Shown here in pieces: positions 34,610 through 51,023 of a stretch of 64,000 bases of DNA. Under the pieces are notes generated by a model that was not told the origin of the DNA, did no database searches, and was given only the letters and a program-made list of their open reading frames with translations. Numbering within the stretch: the stretch's first letter is position 1; every line of letters starts with the position of its first letter. This DNA comes from the human T2T-CHM13v2.0 reference genome, Homo sapiens: assembly GCF_009914755.1 (NCBI RefSeq), contig NC_060937.1, one strand, 5' to 3'. The position numbers and the translations under genes are program-made.

Positions 34610-35090
34610 ACTTCCATGATTTTTAACTCCAAAAGCCCCATCAGGTTGTCAGGGTAAAGAAAAGAGAAAAAAATCCCTGTGCTTCTGGAAGGAGAAAGGA
34701 AAAAAGGAAAAAGTAACCATATTCAAATATTCCCAGAACATTCTGTTATCCTTAACAAAGGACTGACCTTAAGGAAAATTATTTTACCAGAGGCTAACCA
34801 ACAGCGGGTATATCAAAGCCTGACCAAGTGGAATAAGGAAAATATCCAACTAGGGTTCTCTCTCTAGCTTTCTTGTTCCACCTAAGGGGGGTAAAAAAGC
34901 TGAGAAGCATTTGTAAAGGTGAAAGCCCAGGGGCACTGTCCCACAAAAAACCTGAGCCTAATCACAGGACTACATACAGACTATTCTCCCCGCTCCACAA
35001 CACTCATCTTACTACAATCAACAGAGCTCCTGTAAAACAGGAAATCACAACTGAAAGAATGGTAAGGCTCAGGCTCTATTTAAAAAGGAG

Positions 35091-35900
35091 TCTCATGCCT
35101 GTAATCACAGCACTTTGGGAAACCGAGGCAGGAGGATCACTTGAGCCCAGGAATTCAAGACCAGCCTAGCAACACAGTGAGCCCCCACCTCTACAAAAAT
35201 CAAAAGATAAATTAGCCAAGCATGGAGGCGCATGCCTGTAGTACCATCTTCTCAAGAGCCTGAGGCAGGAGGATCCCTTGAACCCAGGAGTTGAAGGCTG
35301 CAGTAAGCCATGATCGTGCCACTGCACTCTAGCCTGGGTAACACAGCAAGACCCTGTCTCTAAAAAAGTAAAAATAAAAGGGAGTCTCTAGGGAAACCCA
35401 AATACCACAGAGTAGACAAGATCAAGGACACTATAGGAAATTCTAGCCTCTGACATCAACAGCAAATAAACACAGATTAACCCCTAGCCAGATAAACATG
35501 AAACTTCATACTCAAGTCCTACTGATCTTAGTTCCTTTTACCCAATACATCATATCTAGCTTTTAACAAAAAAAAAAAAAAAAAAAAAATAGCCAGGCTC
35601 AGTGGTTCACACCTGTAATCCCAGCATTTTGGGAGGCTAAGGTGAGCGGACTGCCTTGATCTCAGGAGTTTGAACCTAGTCTGGACAACATGGCAAAAAC
35701 CCATCTCTACAAAAATAGAAAAATTAGCCAGGTGTTGGTGGCTTGCGCCTGCAGTCCCAGCTCCTCACGAGGCTGAGGCTGGAGAATCTCTTGAGACCGG
35801 GAAGTGGAGGTTGCAGTTAGCCAAGACTGTGCCACTGTACTCCAGCCTGGATAACAGAGTGAGACCCTGTCTCAAAAACAAACAAACAAACAAACAAAAA
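35091..35900 (+). mobile_element. Two AluJ copies (35091-35378 and 35592-35900) inserted in the L1
   Basis: Two diverged dimers. Confidence 0.85.
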
Positions 35901-36360
35901 ACACCATTAGACATGCTAAAAGGTTAGGAAAAATAAAACAGTCTGAGGATCCAAAGCAAGTGTCAGAATCAGATTCAGATATGGCAGATATTTTGCAATT
36001 ATTAGGCCAACAATTGCAAATAACTACTAACATGCTAAGGGCTCTAGTGGAAAAAGTAGAGAACATGTTAAGAATTGATGGGTAATATAAGCAAAGAGAT
36101 GAAAATTCTGAGAATCAAAAGGAAATGCCAGAAATAAAAAAAAACAGCAACAGAAAAAAAGAATGCATATTACCAGATCATCTGCACATGGCCTAAGAAT
36201 CAGTGAGCTCAAAGATACGTCAATAAAAACTTCCAAAACTGAAAAGCAAAGAAAAAAAAAAGGAATAGAATATCCTAAGACTGTAGGACAATTTAAAAAG
36301 GTAAAATGTATGCATAATAGGAATCCAAGACAGAAAAGAAAGAGAGAAGGAAACAGAATA

Positions 36361-36535
36361 CAGATGCTCCTCCACTTAAGTCCTAGTAAGTCCATCCTGA
36401 GTGAAAATACTGTCAGTCAAAAAGGCATAGCTGACTGGAAGCTGAGGCTTGCTGCTGCCCAGCATAGCAAGAGAAGTATGGTTTCTACTGAATGCATATT
36501 GCTTTTGCACCATTGTAAAGCTGAAAAATCATTAA
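36361..36535. mobile_element. Internally deleted MER47-type transposon inside L1 ORF1
   Basis: TA then 'cagatgctcc'; shares 'tactgaatg...gcttttgcaccattgtaaag' with the element at 1868-2211. Confidence 0.75.
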
Positions 36536-39500
36536 AATAGTAATCGAAGAAAAAATGGCTGAAAACTTTCCAACATTTATGACAGACACCAAATCACAGA
36601 GGCAGAAAGTTTGGAGAACATGACATAAGATAAATACCAAAAATCTACACTTAGGCATGTCATATTCAATCTGCAGAAAATCAAAGACAACAAAAAGATA
36701 CTTAAAGAAGCCACAGATGGTAGTTAAGAGAAACCTTACCTATTGAGGAACAAGGATAAGAATTACATCAGACATTTCTTCAGGAACCATGCAAGCAAGA
36801 AGATTGAAGTTAAATATTTAGTGCTGAAAGAAAAAACTAGCAACCTACAATTCTGCATACAGCAAAATTCTTGAAAAGTATAAGAGAAAAAAAGACTTTC
36901 TCAGATAAAAATAGAGAATTTGTCACTACTAGACCTGTCTTGAAAAAAATGTTAAAAGTTCTTCTGAAAGAAGGAAAATATAGGTTACCGATCTGCACAA
37001 AGGAAAAGCATTAAAGAATAAAAGATAAAAACAAAACGTTTATTTTAAAAATTCTTAACTGATCTAACACATAAATTTGTTCAAAATAATGACATCAACA
37101 ATATATTGAATAATTATAATTTATGGAAAAGCAAAATAAAAAACAGCAGTGTTATAAAAAATGGGAGAAATAATTGGTAATGCTATGTTATAAGGTACCA
37201 GCACTGCCCATAAAACAGTTTTAATGTTAATTGAAGGTGGATTCGTTGTAAATGTACACTGCCAACTCTAGGGCAACTAAAACAAAAATTTTTTAAGTAT
37301 AATTGATATGCTATGAACAGACAGAAAATGGAATTATTTAAAATGTTCAACTAATAACAGAGAAGGCAGAAAAAGAGTGGAAGGCAAAATAAATTTTTTA
37401 AAAAAGAACAAGAGCAATGAACAGAAAAGCTGCAAACCTAGACCAGATAACTAATCCAACTAAATCAATAATCATTTTAAATGTGAACAGCTTAAATACA
37501 CCAATTAAAACACAGAGACTTTCAAAGTGGATTTAAAACAACAAGATCCGACTGTACACTATATGTTGGCTACAAGAAACCCATTTTAAATATAAAAACA
37601 CATAGAGGTTAAAAGTAAAAGGATAGGGACAGATATGCTATGCTAACACTAATCAAAACAAAGTGGGAATAACTGCATTAATCTCAAAGCAGACCTCAGA
37701 ACAGGGAAAGTTATCAAAGACAAAGGGCATTTCATTATGATAAAGGGGCCAATACTCCAAGAAGACATAACCATTCTTAATATGTATGTGCCTAGCAATA
37801 GAGCATCAAAATATGAGACAAAAACTGATAGAAATGTAAGGAGGACTAGTCAAATCCACTATCATAGTTAAAGACTTAAACACCCCTCAATCAGGAATTG
37901 ACAGATCCAGAAGGCAGAAAATCGGTAAGGACATAATTGAACTAAACAGCACCATCAATCAACAGGATCTAATTGACATCTATAGGCTACTTCATCCAAC
38001 AACAAACAGAATACACATTCTTCTCAAGCTCACATAAATGTTCACCAAAACAGACCACATTCTGGGCAATAAAAACATAAAACAAATGTAAAAGAATACA
38101 AACCAAGCTTTCAGCCCACAATGGAATTAAACTAAAAATCAATAACACATACCAAATATTTACAGATAGTTGCAAACCCACAAAATACTTAGAAATTTAA
38201 AAATACACTTCTAAATATAACATCGGTCAAAGAAGCCTCAATTTTTTTAATTGTTTCAAACTAAATGAAAATAAAAATAGTTTATCAAAATTTTTGGAAT
38301 GCAGCAGAAACAGTGCTAGAGGGAAATTTATAACACTGAAAGCATATAAAAGAAGACTGAAAACCAATAATCTAGGAAAACTGAAACAGAAGAGCAATAT
38401 AAATCTAAAGCAAACAGAAAAAGAAATCAGATCAGAAATCAATGAAACTGAAAACATGTTAATACAGAAAAATCAACAAAACCAAAATCTAGTTCTTTGA
38501 TCAATAAAACTGATAAACTTAGGGCCAGGCTAGCCAATAAAAGACACCAAAAAATAATACCACAAATCAAAAAGCATGACTACTGATCCCATGGGTATTA
38601 AAAGAATAACAAGTGTTATGAGCAGTTCTGTCTCCACAAATTTGTTAAGTTAGATGAAATGGGCAAATTCCTTGAATAATCTATCAAAATTCACATGGGA
38701 AAAAACAGATAAACTGAATAGGCCCATATCTATTAAAGAAATTGAATCAATCATTAATAACCTTCCCATGTAGAGTTCTACCAGGTATCTCATGATATGA
38801 TACCAATTCTCTATAATCTCTTTAGAAAGCAGAAACAGTAAACAATTCCTAGCTCATTCTGTGAGGCCTTTGTAACAGAACTAGAAAAAGATAATACTAG
38901 AAAGGCAAATTACAGACTAATCTCTCATTAATATTGATGCAAAAATCCTTGACAAAATACAAATCAAATCCAACAATGTATAAAAAAAATTCTACACCAT
39001 GACCAAGTGAGATTTTTCCATATATACGAGGCTGGTTTGACATTCAAAAGTCAATCTATAAAATCTACTACATCAATAGGCTAAAGAAAAATCATGTGAT
39101 CCTATCAATAAATGCAGAAAAAGCACATGACAAAAATCCAACATCCATTCATAAAAACTCTGGGCAAACTAGGAAGAGAGGGAAACTCCCTCAACCTGAT
39201 AAAGAGTATCAACAAAAAAAAACCTACAGTGAACATCTCACTTACTGTTGAGAAATGTCTTTCTTGTTGGTGAAGAAGGATGCTTTCCCCTAATATTGGG
39301 AACAAGACAAGGATGTCTCCTCTCACCACCCCAATTCAACATTATACTGGGAAGTCCTAGCTAGTGCAATAAGCAAACAGAATGAAAGGTATGCAGATTG
39401 AAAAGGAACAAATAAAACTTGTTTGCAGATGATATGATTGTGTATGTTGAAAACCGCAAGGAATCAAGGAAAAGATTCCTGCAACTAACACCTATAGCAA

Positions 39501-42167
39501 GGTTGAAGAATATAAGGTTAGTACACAAGTCAATTGCTTTCCCATACACCAGCAATGAACAATTGGAATTGGAAATTAAAACACCATTTACATTAACACC
39601 AAGAAATTAAACACTTTGGTATAAATCTAACAAAATAGGATCTCATATAAGGTCTATATAAGGAAAAAGCTAAAAAATGCTAATCAAAAATCAAAGATCT
39701 GAAAAAATGGAGAGATATTCCATGTTTATAGATAGGAATACTCAATAATGCTAAGATGTCAATTCTTCCCAACTTGATCTTTAGATTCAGTGCAATCCCA
39801 GTCAAAATCCTGGCATGGTGGATACAGGCAAACTGATTTGAAAGTCTATGTGGAAAAGCAAAAGGTCCAAAATGGCCAACACGATACCGAAGAACCAAGT
39901 CAGAGGATTTACACTCTCCAGACTTCAAGACTTAGTAAAAAGCTTCAGTATTCAACACAGTATGATATTGGCAAAGAAAAGATCAGTGGAATGGAATAAA
40001 GAGCCCAGATGTAGAACCACATATAGTCAACAGACCTTTGAAAAGAGAGCAAAGGCAATTCATGGAGAAAGAACAGTCTTCAACAAATGGTGCTGGAACA
40101 ACTGGACATCATATGTCCCTCATCCCCCCAAAAATCAATGTAAACACAAACCTTACCCCTTTCACAAAAACTGAGACCAAGTCATAGATCTAAATGTAAA
40201 TCACAAAACTTAAAAAAAAATCTGTAGGATATAAAACAGGGGAAAATCTAGGTGGCCTTAAATTTTTAGATACACCACCAAAATCATGACCCAGTAAAGG
40301 CAGACTTTATTAAAATTTCTTTGCAAAAGACAATATTAAGAGAACGAGAAGACAAGCCACAGATTGGGATAAAACATTTACCAAACACCCGATAAAAAGC
40401 TGGTATCCAAAATATATCAAGAACTCTTAAAACTCAAAAAAAAAAAACAAACCTGATTTTTAAAATGGGTAAATAATTTAAGCAGACACTCAGCAGATTG
40501 AGTGGAAAGTGTATGAGAAGATGTTCAACATCATATATCATTAGGGAATTGCAAATTAAAACAATGAGATACCACTACACACCTATTAGAGTAGCTACAA
40601 CCAAATGATAACATCAAATGCTGGTGAGAATGTGGAGCAACAGAAATCACATTCATTGCTGATGGGAATGCAAAATGGTAAAGTCACTTTAGAAGACAGT
40701 TTGGCAGTTTCTGTACTGCAAAGCTAAGCACTGACTTACCATATGATCCAGCCATCACACAAATAAGGGAACAAAGGACATTTCTAGGTCAAACTATTCT
40801 GTATGATACTAATGGTGAATACGTGACATGTATTTGACAGAACCTATAGAACTGCACGACAGAAAGCATGAACCCCAATGTAAACTATAGACTTTAATTA
40901 ATAATTGATCAATACTGGTTCATCAATTATAACAAATATAACACACTAACACAAGATGGTAACAGGAAACTGTGGGAGGGAGGAGGAGGTAAATGGGAAC
41001 TCTCTACACTTACTGGTCAACTATTCCATAAATGTAAAACTGCTCTTTTTTAAAAGTCTATTAAAAATACTAAAATAACCCTTTAATTCAGACACTGAGG
41101 TTCTATATGAAATTCTGAGAATATGCAAATGCATTATCAATGGTGTAATAGATCAACAGATCTGCCTTGGAATGCCATCTTCATTGCTTACAGATTATAT
41201 GTCCTTGGCCAGGTCTTGTAAACTCTGAGCTTCAACATTTTTATGTGTAAAATGAAAAAATTATCACCTTTCTCACAGGTTAACTCAATTAAATTAGGTA
41301 AATATACCTGAAGCATCTAGCAAAGGTACACTTAGTAGGTATGTAAATGTTTGTTCTTATTTTCCCCCAAATTCTTTCTAAATCAGGCAAGACAGGATAT
41401 ATCCTAACTCAACCAGTGTTTCTCAAATTGGGGTATCTATACCCTTAGATGTACATGCAACCATTAAATAAATAAAACACCTCATGTCTTCCAGGAGTTC
41501 AAGATTTGGGGGAGGAATGATAAATATTTTAAATGGTAATTAAAAGCACTATTATACTAAAATAATGTTGCTATAGCAGAATGTTTGCACTGTATTTCAA
41601 TATGCAACACAAGACTGTGCCTGAATTAGAACTTAGGCCATATTCTCAAACTTCCAGGACTACTTCTTCACCATCTTCTGCTATTTGATATATGTCCTAC
41701 ACTTTTCCACTAATTTTAATTATGTTACTAAACTCAAGTTTATTTTCTTCTCAATACCAGTCACATAACAAGTGTCTCCAACAAGCCTGGTTACCCTTAA
41801 ATTAGTAAATACAACCCGAAAAATAACATTTTATGTTTACACAATTTAATATACAATTTAAAGTCAGAATTAAAGCAAACTGAAAATAACTTAAATGGGG
41901 ACTGTACTTTTGTATTTATGATTTCTCAAGGTTGTGGCTGTAACACTGAGTCAATTTCTTTTATAAGCTGTGCAAAATACAAATACTTTGCAGATACGGA
42001 CTACTAGCCTAATTTTTAGAAACAAAATACTTTTTCATATCACTATAATTTCTTTGCCTAGGAGAATCTCAACATGCATAAAATCAAGCACTTTACTGGA
42101 TAAATATTTAAGGAGAAAGCGGTATGAGTATTCCAGGCCAAAGGTAACATAAGGTCACGTGTTATAA

Positions 42168-42587
<420 letters not shown>

Positions 42588-42916
42588 TAAGAGGTAAGAA
42601 TATGGGGATACTTAATATGTAGAAGACTTGGGCTTGGAATTGATGGGAAATTAATAGCTATCTTGAAGGCTGTCACATTTGAAAGGGATCAGACTTGCTC
42701 TGTCGTCTCAAACTAGGATCAACAAGCAGCAGTAAGTAGTAAAGTGGTACATCTGGTAGTGAAGAGACTTGAGTACTACAGACAATTTGTTTAAAAGAGT
42801 GTGGTATTAGAAACGTATGTGGTATTTTTGGATACCAATTATCTTGCATGTAAAATAAGGGTGCTAAACTAGAGAATTCTAAAGTAATTTTCAAGTAAAA
42901 ATGGCATGGGAGCGGG

Positions 42917-44155
<1,239 letters not shown>

Positions 44156-47100
44156 CAAAAATGTCCACTAGCAGTTCTTTTTAAAGAACTCAAAAACATG
44201 ATGCAGGATTACTGCATTTTTCGATGTTATCCTTTATTGAGTAAATTACACTAGTAATTTAATTCTAGGGGGAAAAGTCCTAATCTATTTTCCTATCTTG
44301 TCCATATTCAATATTGCATTTTTCTTTGTTTCTAGATATGCTATTATCCTAACACAACCCTTTGAACCTACTTAATATTCCCTAGAGAATAATAGTATAT
44401 CACTTTCTCCTGTCAATTATTTTATATACCAGGCAACAATATTATTTCTTGATCCTCAGTACAAGACTTCCGAGTTACAGTGCTAAGTAAACATTTACAG
44501 AATTCCTTAATTTCTCAAACCAAAATAAAAGTTCTAAGTCAAGCAATTGTTTTCTAAGTTCTAGATTTTAATACAAACAGCCAAAAGGAGATTGTACTTT
44601 CCTTTTGCTTTGCCAAAATCTGCAAAAATTTTGCCAAAAATATTCCAGGCAATAATCTCATGAAATATATACTCAACTTACCAAAGTACAGTATTTTTAC
44701 AGTGCTCAGGCTTGAGAAATTAAATATGAATCATAAATGCTGAGAGCAGGGGTAGGAAATGCCTTGGAATATTGGAGGCTACATATACACAGAGTACAAT
44801 GTCTGTGGACATGTTTCTAAATGCACTCCAAAGCCACACAAAAACAAATTTGTGGTTTATCAATTTCACTTCTCTGAGAGTTTTAAGAAAAATTATTTTC
44901 CTAATTCTCCATCTATCTGAAAACCCAAGGATACCTGTTGTAGTTTACATTATAATCCAAACATTAAACATATTTTGAATATTTTTCTACCTATGCCATA
45001 CCTTACCTCTTCAGCAGAGATCCCTTTGATCATAATTCCTGAAAACTCCGATGAATACTTCAAAGTTCACTAACATTTTTAATGCAGTAATCTAATTACC
45101 TTAGATGTACATATTAGTGGAAAAAACACTCCAGAGTACCTAAGTGCTGAATTTTGAAACAAGTCTTTCACATTTTAGGACTAAATTACTATGAAATATT
45201 TTTAAAGGGAAACAAAAATACCTGGATAAAAATAAAGTAAAAAAATTGCTTAGGACATCTAAGCACTGACATTTGTCAGAGTATTTCAATATGGCAAAGA
45301 AAATAAGATCTGTGTACATATTTACAATAACCTATAAAGTCAGGACTTTGCAGTCACACTGCTTGTCATGTTTTTTTAAACAGAAGCTACAAAAAACAAA
45401 CAAACAAACAAACAAAAAAAACCATTTGTTTCCTTACTAAAGAACAATCAAAACAGATTTTTATACTATAGTTAACCTCGTCAGTGATGGTGAAACCATA
45501 AGCCTATGTTCCTATACCTCAAAAATACAATGGTAAGCCAAATTCAACATTCTGTAGTATTTTTATTTTGAAGGTTACTGATGATGTAGAGGAGAGTCTA
45601 TGTTTTAAAAATTACTTTTTAAAAACTCATGTCACCATTATCTTTGCAATATTTTTCAGGTTTCCAATGCAGGGTGTATTTTAACTTCCATGCCCAACCT
45701 ACCCTTTCATACACATATAGGAAAAGCTTATAGATTTTTTTTATATTCAAATAAAATACAGCCTTTCATTGAAATATACTGTGTCTGTAAACCTTTTAAT
45801 AGCTTTAATTCTAAAAACAAAATTTTGTGCACAGAATCTTTACTTTTTTTCCAAACTTACCAGGTTAATAAAGCCAAGAATGTTAGCTTCCTTTCCCCCA
45901 CCCCCAATACAACAGCTATTCTAAATCATAACTGCCTTTTAGAAATTTGATTTCTTTCAGAGTATTAATTTCTTTGGGGAGCCAAATTATTACATTTTAA
46001 TCCACCAATTGTCATTAATTCAATTTTTACTTCTTGCCTAGGACCCCATCTTAATGTTATTTTTAATTTTGGGGGTCCATTTCTTCAATAACTTTTCTTC
46101 AAATCTGAAAGGAAATCCTCTTGCTTCTAAGCAAATCCTGCATAGAAAAGGTAAATTGTTCCTGTGGCTTCAATTAAGTAAAATTATGTAGCTATAAAAA
46201 CAAGAATCAATAAAACTAAATATTACCCTTCTCCATGCTGTCTTGATAAGATTTAAAAACAAGAGACTATGAGGCCAAGATTTCTCCCACTACAATTATT
46301 TGCGCAAGTAGAACACTAAAATACAAAACATTTTTCATTTCAACAGTTCTTATGAATTGCATAGTTCTCTAATCAGCCATTATTTTCAAATGTTCTTCTG
46401 GGTAAAGGAACTGTTTTTGGATGCTATTCTGTAAGAGTTATATTTTGATCAATCTAGCATTAAAAGACTTGGTCAAATTACTCTTGATATTTACAGTATT
46501 AACTCAAGAGAGTTTTAATGGTTTGCAAAATTGAGGTACAAAAATTGCATCTAAAAAAGTCCAATTCTGGAAACTAATCAGGAAAGATGATGCTAATCAG
46601 GAAAATGCAAAAACATACAAAACAGATCACCTATTTCATACATTCACTGGTGACCCCCACGAAGAATCACCTTAACAGTTCAAAAAAGTATTTTTCTGAA
46701 AAAAAAAAAAAAAAAAAACAAAAACAAAAACAAAAAAAACTAACACACAGAAAGAATACATATTCAGAAATATTTAGAGAAAGACACAGAAAATTAAAAT
46801 ACATTTAAAAATACTGTTGCAGTTTTCACTTTCTACTCCTGAAACAGAAATAAGCCATTATCAGTAAGTGCATTTTTTTCATGGAGAAAATATTTATTAG
46901 ATTTCAAATTATCACATAATACAGATATTACACAATTAGTCATTCTAGAAAAAAATAGTTTATATTAATATTCATAAACACTGAAAAATATAGGACTTCA
47001 TTTTGTGACATAAAATATAAAAAAACTCAAAGGTAAATTCACCAAAATAAAAGTTTAAATAAACAAATCAGTTCACAATAATATACAAAAAGTTTCACTT

Positions 47101-48990
47101 TTAAATAAATAGCTTGTAGTGGCATGAGGTGACTAGAAATGCACTTACATTTCCTTTTGCATATTTTAAGGAACAGAGCTAAAATTCAATCAAAGCATGA
47201 GATTAAGAGATTAAATCACTTTTCATCTTCAAAGCTGAAACAAAAAGCTTATAATCTCACAGGCCACACAAAGCGGTTTCTACTGTGGTTCAAAGAGTTC
47301 AACTAACTTAATTTCCAAGCAAATATCATTTTTAGTTCCTTCAGTTCTTCCTAAAACGATGGACAGTTGTTTTTTTTAATTTATATGTGTTTGTAAACCA
47401 ATTGTCTTATTAACATTTACTAAAAACAAGTCGGGAGTAAAAGCTGTAATCACTTATGGGAATTCAAAGCTCTCTGGGGAAATTTCAGTTCAAATTGAAC
47501 CTTTAAACTTACTTTTAAATACTATACTTAACAAAAATTTATTTATAATTAATGAGAAAAAAATACAGATAGCCAAGAAAGACTAAGTGCAGGTTATGCT
47601 TTAGCAAATGTGGCTTCTAAAACTTTTGAGATTTCCTAAAACATTTTAGCTGCTTCCATATTAATAACTCTAGAATGTCTATTCTTAAAATGTATACCAA
47701 ATTTAACAAACTGGCAGCATTAGGTGACTTTAAAAACATTCTTTAATAGCTTTTGACTGACCAGTTAATAGATACCAAAGAAAGAAACAGAAACATTTTG
47801 ATAACTACTTCAATCAATTAATTGACAGCTTGGATAAATAACTATTTTGCAACACTTATTCCTTCACACCTACAGGCTTATTCTAATACTAAGTGCTTCT
47901 GCTCTGTAAACTACTGTTTTGTGACAGTACCAAACTTTAGAATGCCTTCAGTATGAAAAAAATACCTCAAGTTTAACAGGTATGTATTACTTTAGAAGAC
48001 AGACCAAGCTACTTACATCTCAAAAGATATTTCTTCTACTTCTCTATTAGAAACTTTGTTGATTTGACAATTATAATAAGCCTCAAGACCAGCGAAGATG
48101 AGCTAAAAGAGTATATCCTAATATTAAAAGCAGTTTTCGAATAATTAAGAAGTTCACCCTTTATTTACTAGTTACTTTCAGTGTCAGGCAACAAAAAAAA
48201 CCATTTCATTAAGTTTTCTGGACTTCCTCTACTACTTAAAAAAATGTTTGCCTACTTCATTAAGGTGATTTTCAATCCCACAAATGTTTTAAATGAAACA
48301 GATACAGAGAGCCGCTTTTAAAAGAAAGGAGTCTCTCAAGCTTCCTCTATTTCAGTCTTCTGAATAGAAAGAAATATTTTCATGGCCATGTAAAATTCCA
48401 ATCTGAAAAGATTATTTCATTATTTGGGCCTTTCCATTTTCAGACCAAAAGTAAACCAGAGTAATTCTTAAAAGTTTATAAATGACAAGATCAGGTGGCT
48501 GGCTCATCCTTGTGTCTTCTAGACATATTGCATGGATCCATTCACCACTGCCTTCCAAACTGCAGGTGCTGGCATGTGTGACAGATATCATCCATGAAGG
48601 CTCTGCTAGAAGAATTCCTTTTGCTGAAGAAGTATGATGTTTTACCAGTTGAAAGAAATCTGGGCAATTAAAGAACAAATAAACCAGTCTCCCATTATCA
48701 AGATACCTGGAGTCACAGAAGGAATCCACCAAGGAAAAATGAAAACTTGCCAAAGGTAACAAGTTCACATTCTACCCATTGTAGGTGATAAGAACTTCCT
48801 GGAATCAAATCCTACCCTTGGCATCAAAGAAACTAAGAGAAAACCATCTTAATGCCATGGGGGAAATCTAGGAAAGGGTTCTTTTACCATAAATATTTAT
48901 TCCTAGGGACTAGAAAATGACTTTTGAGTATATTAAACATAGCTTTCAGGGATACTGTATCCTGAAACTTACATTCATTCATACTTATGT

Positions 48991-48996
48991 TTTATT
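48991..48996 (-). terminator. Candidate AATAAA polyadenylation signal for the exon starting at 49347
   Basis: tttatt on +, about 310 nt downstream of the TGA at 49309. Confidence 0.4.
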
Positions 48997-49308
48997 AAAG
49001 AATGGAGCCTAGAATTGACAGTAAAACCATAATAGTACTATCATTGCATCTTTTAAAAGATCTAATATGAAGTCCTAACATTTGAGGTAGGAAGAAGACC
49101 AAAAGGTTCTCACTAACAGTGTAGGATAACACTTGGACATGTGACTGTATAAATTAGACTTCAAATGTCCAGTTTGCCCAAAGATGAAATACAGAACCTT
49201 TTAAATTACTTGAATATAAAAGAGCACTTAGAAGTCCACTAATACCACAAAGGCCAAAATGGGTAGATATTCCCGTTTTAAAATTCCTGTGGACTACATA
49301 GGCATTCG

Positions 49309-49347
49309 TCAAATCATGTGCCCCAAATCATCCACTGCTTTAATTAT
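49309..49347 (-). CDS. Coding start of a candidate terminal exon (IIKAVDDLGHMI*)
   Basis: Acceptor 'aattttctctccag|ATA'; in frame (phase 0) with the preceding exon across a 190-nt intron. Confidence 0.45.
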   Translation of the reverse strand: MIKAVDDLGHMI

Positions 49348-49537
49348 CTGGAGAGAAAATTAAATTTTAGGTCTCATTTTTGAATGAGTACTAGTTAGCA
49401 TTCTCAGAAAAACAAAACAGATTGCAGTCCCACCTGGTTCTTAAATGAACCCAAGGAGTTTACCACAGAATTAAATGGGCAATGGAAGGACACTCCAATC
49501 TATAAATTAACCCAAGTAAATAATGGAAAGCACCCAC

Positions 49538-49694
49538 TTGTTTATTATCCTTTCCCACTCTCTCCAGAAGCTGGATATTCTGTCTCCAAGGGTTCAGTGG
49601 AGAAAGTGGACCCCTGACGTCAAAAGCTCTCCGTGGTCTTGGCTGTATCTGTGGTTCTAGGATCACTCCTTGCACCTCTGGTAGGAGAGAAGCA
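49538..49694 (-). CDS. Candidate alternative exon, one frame open (ASLLPEVQGVILEPQIQPRPRRAFDVRGPLSPLNPWRQNIQLLERVGKDNKQ)
   Basis: Acceptor 'ctctctatttcag|TGC', second acceptor 'ctcctaccag|AGG' at 49677, donor CAA|gtgggt; GC-richer island in AT-rich DNA; overlaps supplied ORF 49460-49675. Confidence 0.55.
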
Positions 49695-50864
49695 CTGAAA
49701 TAGAGAGCTGAATATAGATTTAAGGAAAAATTCTTATTAAGAAATTACATTCTCTGGTCATTTGAGTTTGTAATGGCTTAATCCTCAGGATAAAAAGGAG
49801 CTACCTTTGGGCATACTTTCTTTAGTGCCTTCTTAATTTGAATTTTAGAAGTCTGTCACCACAAATGATTAATTCCTCAGTAACTATTAAGAAGGGACCT
49901 GTATTGGTCTAAGCCATAACACACTCTGTGATAAACCACTCAACTCTGAGTGGAAGACCAAATCAAAAATGATAAATTATGACTGGAAACAAGATCATAG
50001 TTGTCTTTAAGGGACAGGGAAAAGGCACACAACCTCAGATATATCAAAGGAGGAGTCCCAGTTAATTCTTCTGTCAAAGAAAAGAAGATGGACTGAAAAG
50101 TAGAAACAGAAAAAACCAAGTATATTAACAGGAATACTACTAAACTTTGGGAAAGTCTAAGAAGCTGAATTTCTTCTCTGAGTTCAAGTCTTCATTAACT
50201 TAAAGAATTAATCACACTATAGGCCCATATTATAGCAATACAAAGCTAAGCCTATATTTTATGAAAGCTTATGACTACTGTCACTGAAAAGATTTATTCT
50301 TCAAGCACTCAGCTTTAAAACTGGGAAGGCAGAATAGTGGATATAGGCAATACAGACTCAAAATCCTTTTTAAAATGCATAATCATTTTCTTTTGGGTCA
50401 AGAAGAACCAGGAATAATCATTAATGGCTATAACATAGAAATTAAAGCAGTAAGATATACCCAAATTATAGATGATGGCAAAGATACTAGAAAATAGTTA
50501 GCTTTATTATAGGAATAAATAAGAGAAGGAAGTTCAAAGCACATAGCATCTGATCAAGGAAAAGCTGAAAGGAGAATAAGATAGGCAGATACATATTTAA
50601 AGTTACAGGGACTGCAGGATAAATTTTAACAGTGTTGCCTTTGGAAAACAGATCAATTATGCTTTGTGGTACAGAGTAATACATCCCTATTAAATTTCAG
50701 ATCTTATTCTAAATATAAAGGTGCTGCGTATCCTTGTTCTACGGAGTACAGTCAGTCACAGTATCCTATTTCTAGGACATGTTATATTTTGGGATAAAGT
50801 TTTTATGAAATGCTATCAAGTAATCTCCCTCTCATACCAACTAGTTATCACAAGGGTTCCTTAC

Positions 50865-51023
50865 CTGTTAGTGGAACGAGGATTGTGTTCTCTTGTTCTC
50901 TATCAATCAACCAACAAAGGTTATAGTCTCAGCACTAAGACGGTAGCAACCAACCAAAGTTAGTGTTTCTAATGCCTTCACTTCCTCCTGGCTCTGCCAG
51001 CCAGTTTGGAAATGTACCAAAAG
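50865..51023 (-). other. Candidate 159-nt cassette exon with stops in all three frames
   Basis: Acceptor 'taaccattccttttcag|CTT'; strong donor CAG|gtaagg. Confidence 0.55.

Noticed and set aside
39419-40174. Reverse-transcriptase-like ORFs (FADDMIVY; FNKWCWNNW)
   Set aside because: Frameshifted, stop-riddled relics of L1 ORF2; neither an active element nor a novel RT system.
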